A stretch of DNA of 64,000 bases from Elusimicrobiota bacterium (GTDB lineage Bacteria; Elusimicrobiota; Elusimicrobia; UBA1565; JACRDR01): NCBI GenBank assembly GCA_041694815.1, contig JBGFSC010000049.1, forward strand, positions 49,281 to 113,280, in the 5' to 3' direction. Each line of letters opens with the position of its first letter. The first letter of the stretch is position 1. Below are positions 56,156-64,000 of the stretch, one piece after another. The notes beneath the pieces were generated by a model that worked only from the letters and a program-made list of their open reading frames with translations, made no database searches and was not told the origin of the DNA. A program made the translations under genes and the position numbers.

Positions 56156-57412
56156 TCATTTCGCTTCGCATCGATATGCCAGAAATTGAGCAATCAGGCG
56201 GCTTCGGCCGTCGGTCGGCCATTTCCGTCGGAACTCCGCGCCGGTTAAGCACGCTTCGCGGGCGGAGCCCTCGGCGAAGCTAACCGAAAAGCGCAGGTAA
56301 TGCCGGCGCTTGCGGCTTTCCCAGGGTGTGAGAGCCCATTTTGTCAGCCTGAGGGCGCGATACGTTTCACCCGCCTCGGCCGAAAGAGCCTGCGCGACGT
56401 CTGCGTTGCCGGGCTCCAGCGCCAAGAGCTTCTTGAGAGCCTCGCCGGCCCGGCGGTCCCGGGTTTCCAGCAGGCGCTTGGATTCCTCGGTGAAATATGA
56501 GGCCAAGGAATCCGAGCGCTGCCTAAGCTCCGAGTAGGCGTCCTGCGGCGGAACTGCCTCGGGAGCCTTGAAGAGGTAATTCAAGGTGATTCGTTGGCTC
56601 GAATTGATGGCTCTGGCTTGATAGGAGAAGTCGATGGCAAACCGTCCGCCGATGGCGTTGAGACCGAAGCCGAAGGCCGGGTAGCCGTCAAAACCTCCCC
56701 GCAGGCGAAAGAGCTTAAAAAGGGCGTAGGTCGCGCCCACGGTAACATTAGGGCTCGACCCATCCAAAATCTTCGCGGCTTGGGCCAGGATATCGACGCC
56801 ACGCACTTGCCAGGAACCGCCGAGACGGATCTCTCTCGGGTAATATTCCCTTTCGCCGCCAAAGCTCAGGCCCGAGAAATAAAAATTCTTGATCGATAGC
56901 CCGGCGGTGAGCTTGTCCATTATTCTGTAGGAGCAGCCGATATCTCCGAAGATGGCTCGGGAGGAGTAGCCGGCCAGGTTGTAGTCCAAAAGCCCTAGGG
57001 TACTGCCCAAGAAAAGTCCGGGCGAGACTTCTCGCGCCGAGCCCAGAAGGTAGGCTCGCTGATAGCTGGATATGCTGGCTCCTGGATCGCTTAAGTTCGA
57101 GCGGGCAGTGATATCTCCGAGGCTGAGATTGATCACGCCAAGACCTAATGAGGCGTATTTGAGATCGGCTGAGGCGCCGATCCACGAATAAGACAGGCCC
57201 GGACCCAGGCGCGTCCATTCGGCGCTGGCAGCAGCAGGGCCTTTGGCAAGGCCGGCGCTGTTGTAATAGAGGCTTGTCGGGCCCTGGCTCATGCCGACCG
57301 CAGCCCCGCCGACGGCTTCCTCCGCCGCGCCCGGGCCATAGGAAAGAAAATGCGTCCTTCCGGATGGCATCGACCATGCCGGCAAAGAGAGCAGCAAGAT
57401 TAGAATTCCCAT
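56156..57412 (-). CDS. PorV-like outer membrane beta-barrel with C-terminal TPR-like extension
   Basis: FLSYGPGA....VGGA..LYYNSAGL, alternating beta strands, IDFSY, then LALEPGNAD helices; TAATG overlap with the upstream gene. Confidence 0.75.
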   Translation of the reverse strand: MGILILLLSLPAWSMPSGRTHFLSYGPGAAEEAVGGAAVGMSQGPTSLYYNSAGLAKGPAAASAEWTRLGPGLSYSWIGASADLKYASLGLGVINLSLGDITARSNLSDPGASISSYQRAYLLGSAREVSPGLFLGSTLGLLDYNLAGYSSRAIFGDIGCSYRIMDKLTAGLSIKNFYFSGLSFGGEREYYPREIRLGGSWQVRGVDILAQAAKILDGSSPNVTVGATYALFKLFRLRGGFDGYPAFGFGLNAIGGRFAIDFSYQARAINSSQRITLNYLFKAPEAVPPQDAYSELRQRSDSLASYFTEESKRLLETRDRRAGEALKKLLALEPGNADVAQALSAEAGETYRALRLTKWALTPWESRKRRHYLRFSVSFAEGSAREACLTGAEFRRKWPTDGRSRLIAQFLAYRCEAK

Positions 57413-60400
57413 TAGCGCACCCCTACGAGTTTGATCGTCTGCCGGCCCTGCGGGCTCTCTATCATGGCGATATAGAAGCCGCTATAAACCCGCCGGCCGT
57501 TTAAGTCTCGGCCGTCCCAATGGATTTCATGGACGCCGGCGCTAAGCGGGCCGGTTTCTTGGCGCCAGACGAGGTTTTGGTAGACGGAATAGACCGATAT
57601 CTTTACCCCTTCTACCGGGGCGAGCGTGGTGTAGACGAAATTGGTTCCCTGGCCCAGCCTGAAGGGATTGGGGTAGCTATAGGGCTCGGGCTGGGCCGAC
57701 TCGACGGCAAGTGTGAACAGGCCCGAGCCGGCCTCAGCTATGGCGCCGTGCTCGTTTATCGCTTCGATTCTGTAAGCGTAGGCCCGCTGGAAATTTAAGT
57801 CCGCAAGGGTAAACGAATTGGCCGCGCCTTTATAGACCGGAACGCCGTCTAGAAAAAGCGTGTAGCTGATGCGATCGCCGTTCGGATCTACAAAGATTGG
57901 CCAGACGAGCCGCAGGCTGTTTTTTGAGCTCTTAACCTCGCCGCTCGGAAGGGAGACCGTCGCCCCACCGACCGGCTGGGGCAGCTCATTCTTAAAGATC
58001 GGCAGAAAGCGCTGCAGCCCGCCCGATAACGGGGTCCGGACGCCAAACGGATCGACCGCCACAACATTCCAGTAATAGGTTGAGCCGTACGACAGAGAAT
58101 CCAGCACGTATGATGTAGTAGAGAGGACCACGGCGTTGAGCCCGCGGGCTACGCTAGAGGAGTCCAGCCCTATCGAAAAGCGGTATTCGACTCGGTCCCC
58201 GTCGGGATCGACGGAAGGTTGCCAGGAAAATTCCTGGCTTGAGCTGCGCGTGACTATTTGACCGGCTCCGGCCGCCACCCCGAACGGCTGCGGAGCCGAG
58301 TTCTGCAGCGAGACGACGAGGCTCTGGATGGGCGTCGTGCTTACCGAATAGGCGTCGTAGGCTTCGACCTGCCAATAGTAGGTCGTTTCAAAAGACAATC
58401 CCGGAACGCTGTAGGAAGTAGAATCATTCTCCATCGTGAGGCCCAAGCTGGCCGGGCTGCTGCCCCAATATAGGCGATAGGCAACCGTATCGCCGTCGGC
58501 ATCTACAGCCGGAGTCCAGCTGAGCGTGGCCGTCGGAGTACGAGCATGCTGCTTCATCAAGCCGGCACCGGAGGCGACCTTCGGCGGCGCAGGCGGCGAG
58601 TTCTGAAAAGTTGGAAAGAATTTGTTGAGCGGTCCCTCGGTACGCGAGCCGAAGCCGTCGGCAGCAGATACGCGCCAATAATAAGCCGTGCCGAACTGGA
58701 AATTGAGGACATAGCTCGATTCGGCTCCCTTCTGAACCAGGTCCTGCGCCGCGGGGTCGGTCGAGAGGAAAAGGCTATAGGACACGGGGTCTCCGTCCGG
58801 ATCACCGGCGTCTTTCCATTCCAGGTTAAAAGTAGTCGCCCGGCTTGCAATCGAGGCGGAGGATAGGGCGACAATAGGGTAGGGCGGCCGGTTGGCGAGA
58901 TGAACGATCGCGCTCACCCATGGGCCGGTAGATACGCCGCCGTATGCATCGCTTGCCGAGACGCGCCAGTAGTAGGTCGTTTCAAACAACGCGTCGAGCG
59001 CAATGCCGCCCGCGCTCGTAAAATCGAGGCTGGGCCACGCTCCGCTGCTGGTTTTGACCTCGAGTCGATAGGCGACCGGGTCTTGGTCTGGATCAGCGGA
59101 CGCGGCCCAGCTTAAAGGGATGCTCGGTGACGAGGTGTGTTGCCAATAAGCCGCGGCGGTGCTTTGATAGATTACCGGCGAGGGAGGCGAGTTCTTAAAG
59201 ATCGGCAGATATGGCTGCTCCCCTCGGGCGATTGGCGTGATTCCTCCATAGGGATCGTGCGCTGAGACCGACCAGTAATAGGTCGTTTGGAACTCAAGGC
59301 CGGTCATGCTCCACGAGGTTTCCGGCCCGGAGTGAAGTAGCGAAGCCGCGGGCTGGGAGCTCGCACGCCAATAGAAATCGTAGGTGACAGGGTCGCCGTC
59401 GGGATCGATTGCCGGTCCCCATAAAAGATCGACGGAGCGATTCCTCGTGGCCGCTGTTCCGGTACCGGAAACAATCGAAAAAGAGCCGGGAGGCGAGTTC
59501 TTGAATATAGGGAGATAAGATTGCTCGCCGCCGGCCATAGGTCGAGCCGCGCCGAAGGAGTCGCGCGCGGTGACTGACCAATAATAGGTCGTTGCAAACG
59601 ATAGCTCAGACATCGTCCATGAGGTATCGGGAGTCGAGCCGAGCAATATTGGGCTCGGCTGAGCCGCGGGACGCCAATATACGTCATAGGCGACGGGATC
59701 ACCGTCGGGGTCTATCGAGGATTGCCAGGCGAGCTGGACCGAGGTAGACCGGGTGAGGGCCACGCCGGCTCCGCCTATGGGCGAGAAGGCTCCGGGCGCG
59801 CTATTGAGCAGGCTGAGGTTAAAGCCGGCAATGGGAGCCGGCGTTGTCTGAAGCGGCAGGCCGAGATAGAAATCCTGCGCCACAATCTGCCAGTAATAAG
59901 GCGTGCCGAAGGAAAGGCCGGCCGTTTGAAAGGAAGTATTGCCCGTGTTGGCGACGAGCGGCATGTCGCTAATGGAGGGCCCAAGGTATACCGAGTAGGC
60001 GATCGAGTCGTTGTCTAAATCCCCCGCCGGCTGCCAGTTTAGGGAAGCCTGATTGGAATGTTGCAGAACGGAGCCAATCGGCGCCGTTTGAACCGCCACG
60101 CTAGGAGGCGAATTTAAAATAAAGCGCTGCAGCGACGTTGAGCCGGTCGCCGGGCTCAGGTAGACGATGCGTCCATCCCAAGCCACGCCGACGGGCAGGC
60201 CGGTGGTGTTGCCGGTGGTAAAATCCGTAAGTCGAGTTCCATCGGAGCCGTATTTGACGATTCCGGACAAGCAGGAGGATCCCGAGCAGATAAACTGGCT
60301 GGAAAAGAGATTTGAGGCATTGTCGGTCCATATTCTGCCGGGCGAGAGGTCTGCGATCGCGACGTCGTTAAGCAACGTTCCGTTCGAGCCATATTTCAGC

Positions 60401-61077
60401 AGGTGATGGCATACGGGATCGGCGATGACGAGATTGCCTTGCCAGTCCATGGTTAGGCTTTTGGGCTGGTAACAGCCGGTTCCCGAATAGGCATCGCCGG
60501 AGAGCGTAATCGTCCTCAATAGGCTGCCTTGAAAGTTGTATTGGTAGACGACGCCTGGCGTGCCGGGCGGCGGGCCGGAGCAGCCGCCGATTAAATCCAA
60601 GCAGGGGCGTATGCGCCAGAATTTCGTGATATAAACCAGCTTATTGATCTTGTCTATCGCCGCCGAGTAGGCGTAATCTTTTGTAATCGTGTAGGGAATC
60701 GTGACTTGCCCAAGGAACGAGCCCACGTTGCTGTATCTAAGGAGGGAAAAAACACCGGTCGTCATATCGAGGTTCAGCACGTTTAGATTTCCCGTAGCCT
60801 CGACGCTAAAGGCGATCGGTTTGGAGGCTCCCATATCAAAGGAGAGCAGCGGCTCGATGTTTTGCGTCTGGAAACTGGCGATCGAATAGGCGGTTGAACC
60901 GGGCTTTTGGCCCAGGATGTAGAGATTGCTGGCCGCGTCCGAATCGATCCAGCCGATCGATAGCGGCATCGGAAAAGATGCCTGCTGGACGTAGGATGCG
61001 CCAAAGCCTGGTCCGGCCCACGCCAGCCCTAGAAAAACGATCGCCGCTACCATTATTTTCTTTCGCATAGTTCTCAT
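57412..61077 (-). CDS. Large exported adhesin-like protein: beta-propeller, 8 FN3/Ig-like repeats, T9SS-like/FlgD C-terminal domain
   Basis: Signal peptide; eight D[PLA][DN][GNQ]D..Y units mostly followed by YYW.V.A.D; YSYPNPF..WDGRD..G..V.SG.Y..KLVGVR. Confidence 0.85.
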   Translation of the reverse strand: MRTMRKKIMVAAIVFLGLAWAGPGFGASYVQQASFPMPLSIGWIDSDAASNLYILGQKPGSTAYSIASFQTQNIEPLLSFDMGASKPIAFSVEATGNLNVLNLDMTTGVFSLLRYSNVGSFLGQVTIPYTITKDYAYSAAIDKINKLVYITKFWRIRPCLDLIGGCSGPPPGTPGVVYQYNFQGSLLRTITLSGDAYSGTGCYQPKSLTMDWQGNLVIADPVCHHLLKYGSNGTLLNDVAIADLSPGRIWTDNASNLFSSQFICSGSSCLSGIVKYGSDGTRLTDFTTGNTTGLPVGVAWDGRIVYLSPATGSTSLQRFILNSPPSVAVQTAPIGSVLQHSNQASLNWQPAGDLDNDSIAYSVYLGPSISDMPLVANTGNTSFQTAGLSFGTPYYWQIVAQDFYLGLPLQTTPAPIAGFNLSLLNSAPGAFSPIGGAGVALTRSTSVQLAWQSSIDPDGDPVAYDVYWRPAAQPSPILLGSTPDTSWTMSELSFATTYYWSVTARDSFGAARPMAGGEQSYLPIFKNSPPGSFSIVSGTGTAATRNRSVDLLWGPAIDPDGDPVTYDFYWRASSQPAASLLHSGPETSWSMTGLEFQTTYYWSVSAHDPYGGITPIARGEQPYLPIFKNSPPSPVIYQSTAAAYWQHTSSPSIPLSWAASADPDQDPVAYRLEVKTSSGAWPSLDFTSAGGIALDALFETTYYWRVSASDAYGGVSTGPWVSAIVHLANRPPYPIVALSSASIASRATTFNLEWKDAGDPDGDPVSYSLFLSTDPAAQDLVQKGAESSYVLNFQFGTAYYWRVSAADGFGSRTEGPLNKFFPTFQNSPPAPPKVASGAGLMKQHARTPTATLSWTPAVDADGDTVAYRLYWGSSPASLGLTMENDSTSYSVPGLSFETTYYWQVEAYDAYSVSTTPIQSLVVSLQNSAPQPFGVAAGAGQIVTRSSSQEFSWQPSVDPDGDRVEYRFSIGLDSSSVARGLNAVVLSTTSYVLDSLSYGSTYYWNVVAVDPFGVRTPLSGGLQRFLPIFKNELPQPVGGATVSLPSGEVKSSKNSLRLVWPIFVDPNGDRISYTLFLDGVPVYKGAANSFTLADLNFQRAYAYRIEAINEHGAIAEAGSGLFTLAVESAQPEPYSYPNPFRLGQGTNFVYTTLAPVEGVKISVYSVYQNLVWRQETGPLSAGVHEIHWDGRDLNGRRVYSGFYIAMIESPQGRQTIKLVGVR

Positions 61078-61086
61078 CCTCTCTTT

Positions 61087-61547
61087 CCGGCTCTCCAGTC
61101 GGGCCCGCGGGGTGGAAGGAGATTGTTTTCTCTTTCACCGGGCCCTTGTGACTTTACTGAGCTCGATTACTTGCCGTCGTTTTCCTTCTTGATCACCAGC
61201 CGCATCCTATCGTCATTCGGCCAGGCAGGCGCAACGACGTCGATATTCCCGTTGTCATAACCAAACGCCACCCCTAAGTTCTTGGGGTATTGGCCAACGG
61301 TCCAGACGCTGTACATGACTTTGTATTTCGGCTTGGAAGCGGGAACGTCCTGCGTTCCCGCAACTTCCTTACCGTCACGCTCATCACCGTCCAGCTCCTT
61401 CCTAGTTTTCGCCATATGTACAAGAATCCCCCTTTGTTCCTCCCCTCCCCGGCGGACGCCGCCCTTCGAGACGGAGTCGGCAGGAGAGGGGAGAAGGGGC
61501 CGTGCACCATGGCTATCTTTCCCCCGCGGGACCGGCTGGAGAGCCGG
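61087..61547. repeat. 26-bp inverted repeats (61087-61112 and 61522-61547) flanking a small gene
   Basis: ccggctctccagtcgggcccgcgggg versus reverse complement ccggctctccagccggtcccgcgggg (2 mismatches). Confidence 0.85.
61167..61415 (-). CDS. Small hypothetical protein
   Basis: aaaggggga RBS-like sequence; MAKTRKELDG... Confidence 0.5.
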   Translation of the reverse strand: MAKTRKELDGDERDGKEVAGTQDVPASKPKYKVMYSVWTVGQYPKNLGVAFGYDNGNIDVVAPAWPNDDRMRLVIKKENDGK

Positions 61548-63135
61548 TAAAATCACGATTTCCCCGGCGGCTTGCCGGCGCCGCCGAGGCCAGGTCCAGT
61601 CCTTCCTTTAATACGCCCTGAACTTTCGGCAGGGCGGCCGCTTCCTTCCCAGTTAGCGCCTCATGCGCAGCGGCTGTAAAAAGGATCACCGCTCGTTTAC
61701 GATGCCCCCAAGCCACGGCGACTCCCGGAGGCAGACCGCGCAGGACATTCGGATGGCAGAAGAACTCCTCGACTTCCCGAATCGACTTGCGCCCGCTGGA
61801 AGATCCCCCCTCGTACATCTCGGTCGCCTTGAAGTTGCTGAAAGTCCCGACCGCTCGGGCTATGAGGTCGGCGTCGGCCGGATGGGGCAGATGGAAAAAG
61901 ACCTTGCATCCCGAGCTATTCGAAAAGAGCTCGGAAAAAAACGCATCCGGCGGCGTGCCGACGACCTTCTTGAGCTGGCCGAGGTCCTGGTGCGAGAAAA
62001 TCGTCCACAGCCGGGCCGAACCCACGGTGGAGATGAAATCGGAAAAGGCCGGGGTGGCAAACTTAGAAAACTCATCTAAGATGATCACCCCAGGCGTGGG
62101 CTTTACGGCCATCCGCTGCCGACGGCTTGCCTCGGATAACAGTCCGGCAATCACCATCCTTCCCAATGCGTTCGCCTGTACTTGAAGGTGGCCGATGGGA
62201 ATGGCGAAGTAGGCGAGTTGCCGGCCTTCGAAGATCTCCTCCAGACGGATTTGAGGCGCGTAGCTGTTGAGCAGCCTGCCGAGATCTCCCGAAATCCAGG
62301 GCTGAAGGCTGGATGTCAGCGCGCTCGTGTCCGGCCGGCCGTCGAATTGGCGCCGGGTAAATCGAACCAGGCGCTTGTCCGGGCATAACCGGAAAGCCTG
62401 CTCCCGGCATTCTTCGTATTCGAAGTAGAAGAAAACATCCCGGAGCGTGAAGGCCCGGCCGGTTGCCATAAACACTTCGGCCATATTCTGAATTCGGGCA
62501 TAGTCCAGCCCTCGGAAATATTCTGAATCCCCCCCGCCGCCGGGCTCGCGGCCGATAGCCCGCGAGATTTGATTGGCGAGGGAACTTAGCTCCTGGCCGG
62601 GAATGGGCAGGATCGGGTTAAAAGTCATCGAGGAAGACGGATCGGCGGGGTTAAAATACCTCAGATCGTCTGTGCGCTTGGCCAGGCCCGCGAGAGCCTT
62701 GAACTGCTCGAAATCAGAGACATCCCCCTTGGCTTCCATCAAAAATACGGGCCGTCCAGCCGCCATGTCCTGCACGCAAATGGATAAAAGAAGTTGGGAT
62801 TTCCCGGAGCGGGTAGGGCCGACAATCTGCATGTGGCGCTCGCGGTGCTCTTGGCCGACGACCCATGGCTCGGCGCGCTTGAAGAATCCGCCGGTCGAAA
62901 CTACGCCGATAAGCGTCGTCGCGTTGGGCGCGCCCAAAGCTGTCTTAAGCCATTTGGCCGTAGAAAGGCTCGATTTGGGGAGACTCAGGCCGCCTTGGCC
63001 GCCGGATATTTTCTTCCCGGCGCGCATCCAGTACCAGGCGGCCAAGCCGATGAGTCCAAGGACGGAATGCCAGCCGTCCCAAAGCGATGTCCAGGCGGAA
63101 TTCCCAAAGGTCATATGAATCGGCATGATCTTCAT
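61513..63135 (-). CDS. virD4: Type IV coupling protein (VirD4/TraD family)
   Basis: N-terminal TM, HMQIVGPTRSGKS, KGD, FNP, ILDEF and HQDLGQL motifs. Confidence 0.88.
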   Translation of the reverse strand: MKIMPIHMTFGNSAWTSLWDGWHSVLGLIGLAAWYWMRAGKKISGGQGGLSLPKSSLSTAKWLKTALGAPNATTLIGVVSTGGFFKRAEPWVVGQEHRERHMQIVGPTRSGKSQLLLSICVQDMAAGRPVFLMEAKGDVSDFEQFKALAGLAKRTDDLRYFNPADPSSSMTFNPILPIPGQELSSLANQISRAIGREPGGGGDSEYFRGLDYARIQNMAEVFMATGRAFTLRDVFFYFEYEECREQAFRLCPDKRLVRFTRRQFDGRPDTSALTSSLQPWISGDLGRLLNSYAPQIRLEEIFEGRQLAYFAIPIGHLQVQANALGRMVIAGLLSEASRRQRMAVKPTPGVIILDEFSKFATPAFSDFISTVGSARLWTIFSHQDLGQLKKVVGTPPDAFFSELFSNSSGCKVFFHLPHPADADLIARAVGTFSNFKATEMYEGGSSSGRKSIREVEEFFCHPNVLRGLPPGVAVAWGHRKRAVILFTAAAHEALTGKEAAALPKVQGVLKEGLDLASAAPASRRGNRDFTGSPAGPAGER

Positions 63136-63869
63136 GCGAGGACGAAGCCCTCTTCTTCGCAGTTGAAAAAAGCGGCTTTACCGAGACTGAGGCGGAAGGT
63201 CGGCAGGTCGCAGGCATAGAGAAAATCGGCCGCCTCCTTCTTGGCGAATCGTAGAAGCCTTCCGGTCTCGTTGGTATCCTCGAGCAGGTAAAGCAGGCGA
63301 TCATTGCCCCTAAGCGCATCGCGGTAGAAATCGATGATCGGAGGATAGGAGGCGGAACTTTTGACATTCAGCTCGACTTCGATCGGGCAGCGACCGCGAC
63401 TTCCAAAGGCGATGAGGTCGGGAATGTGATAGCCAACCGGCCTCTTGCCCAGATTCTTGAGCAGGGTGAAATAGGCCTGGCGCTCGCTTTGAACGGGGAT
63501 TCCAATAAACCGAGAGATAAAGAGACCTACTCCCCCGCAAACTATCCGGTGCCGGAGCATGCCCGGCGCGGTAAACTGAGGGCGAGTTGGCGGGTCTTTG
63601 AGGCCGCGAGTGGCCAGCGCGTGGCCTTTTTGGGTCAATTGGTAAACAAGTTTGGTGAACGACGACTCCCGCGTTTCGACCAAGCCTTTGCGCTCGAGCC
63701 GCCGAATCCGAAGGTAAAATTTTCCACGGTAACGGCATCGCTCGTTGAAAACCGTCTGGGAAATCTTTTCGACTTCGATATCATCTCGGAAGAACCCCTC
63801 CAATTGTCCTAGCCCGAGCGCACCCCAAATTTCCAAAAGCTGAAGAATCTCTAGGTCGATTTTCTTCAA
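63132..63869 (-). CDS. Replication-relaxation family (putative relaxase)
   Basis: wHTH (RRLERKGLV..YQLTQKG), LRH, PD...IEVE...K nuclease-like motif; ATGA overlap with virD4. Confidence 0.7.
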   Translation of the reverse strand: MKKIDLEILQLLEIWGALGLGQLEGFFRDDIEVEKISQTVFNERCRYRGKFYLRIRRLERKGLVETRESSFTKLVYQLTQKGHALATRGLKDPPTRPQFTAPGMLRHRIVCGGVGLFISRFIGIPVQSERQAYFTLLKNLGKRPVGYHIPDLIAFGSRGRCPIEVELNVKSSASYPPIIDFYRDALRGNDRLLYLLEDTNETGRLLRFAKKEAADFLYACDLPTFRLSLGKAAFFNCEEEGFVLA

Positions 63870-64000
63870 ATACCTCTCGGTTTCACTCCTGTCCGGTTAA
63901 AGTTGGAGGCATAGCTGGAGGTCTTGACGCCTGAGGCGGTCGAGCCTTTTGGGGTTGAGGTGGAGCAGATCGAAAAGCGAGGCTCGCTCAAGCAAGGTTT

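Larger units (their letters stand above)
45209..64000. mobile_element. Integrative conjugative-type element at tRNA-Met (continues beyond the window)
   Basis: att-like tRNA fragment, tyrosine recombinase, VirB4, VirD4, pilin-like gene, three TA pairs, visibly more A/T at third codon positions. Confidence 0.88.

Noticed and set aside
57412..60100. CRISPR array or DGR-type repeats
   Set aside because: The repeats are degenerate in-frame protein domains; no repeat-spacer array, cas gene or reverse transcriptase is visible in the window.

Overview
GC-rich bacterial window with an outer membrane (TolC, beta-barrels). The gene content, with many PorV-like barrels and FPNP-type C-terminal domains, resembles Elusimicrobiota, but that is an inference. 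Positions 1-45208 are host chromosome: a myo-inositol catabolism operon (iolG-iolB-iolD-iolE plus transaldolase-like, AhpD-like and SDR genes), glutamine synthetase III, treS-malQ, an RND/TolC pair, four exported WD40 proteins sharing a C-terminal AE[ED]RF[KR] motif, three tandem paralogous exported membrane proteins, and three coupled pairs of a PorV-like barrel with a T9SS-like-CTD protein. From 45209 to the window end is an integrative conjugative-type element bounded by a duplicated 3' half of tRNA-Met. It carries an AbiE pair, a tyrosine recombinase, VirB10/B6/B4/B3/B2-like genes, VirD4, a Replic_Relax-type putative relaxase and two further toxin-antitoxin pairs. Most notably, a fourth PorV+CTD pair (a 1221-aa repeat adhesin-like protein) is translationally coupled into the pilin/VirB4 operon, preceded by a segment flanked by 26-bp inverted repeats. 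All family assignments come from motif recognition by eye; no searches were run. Several starts were moved from the ORF track using RBS, -10 boxes or stop/start overlaps.
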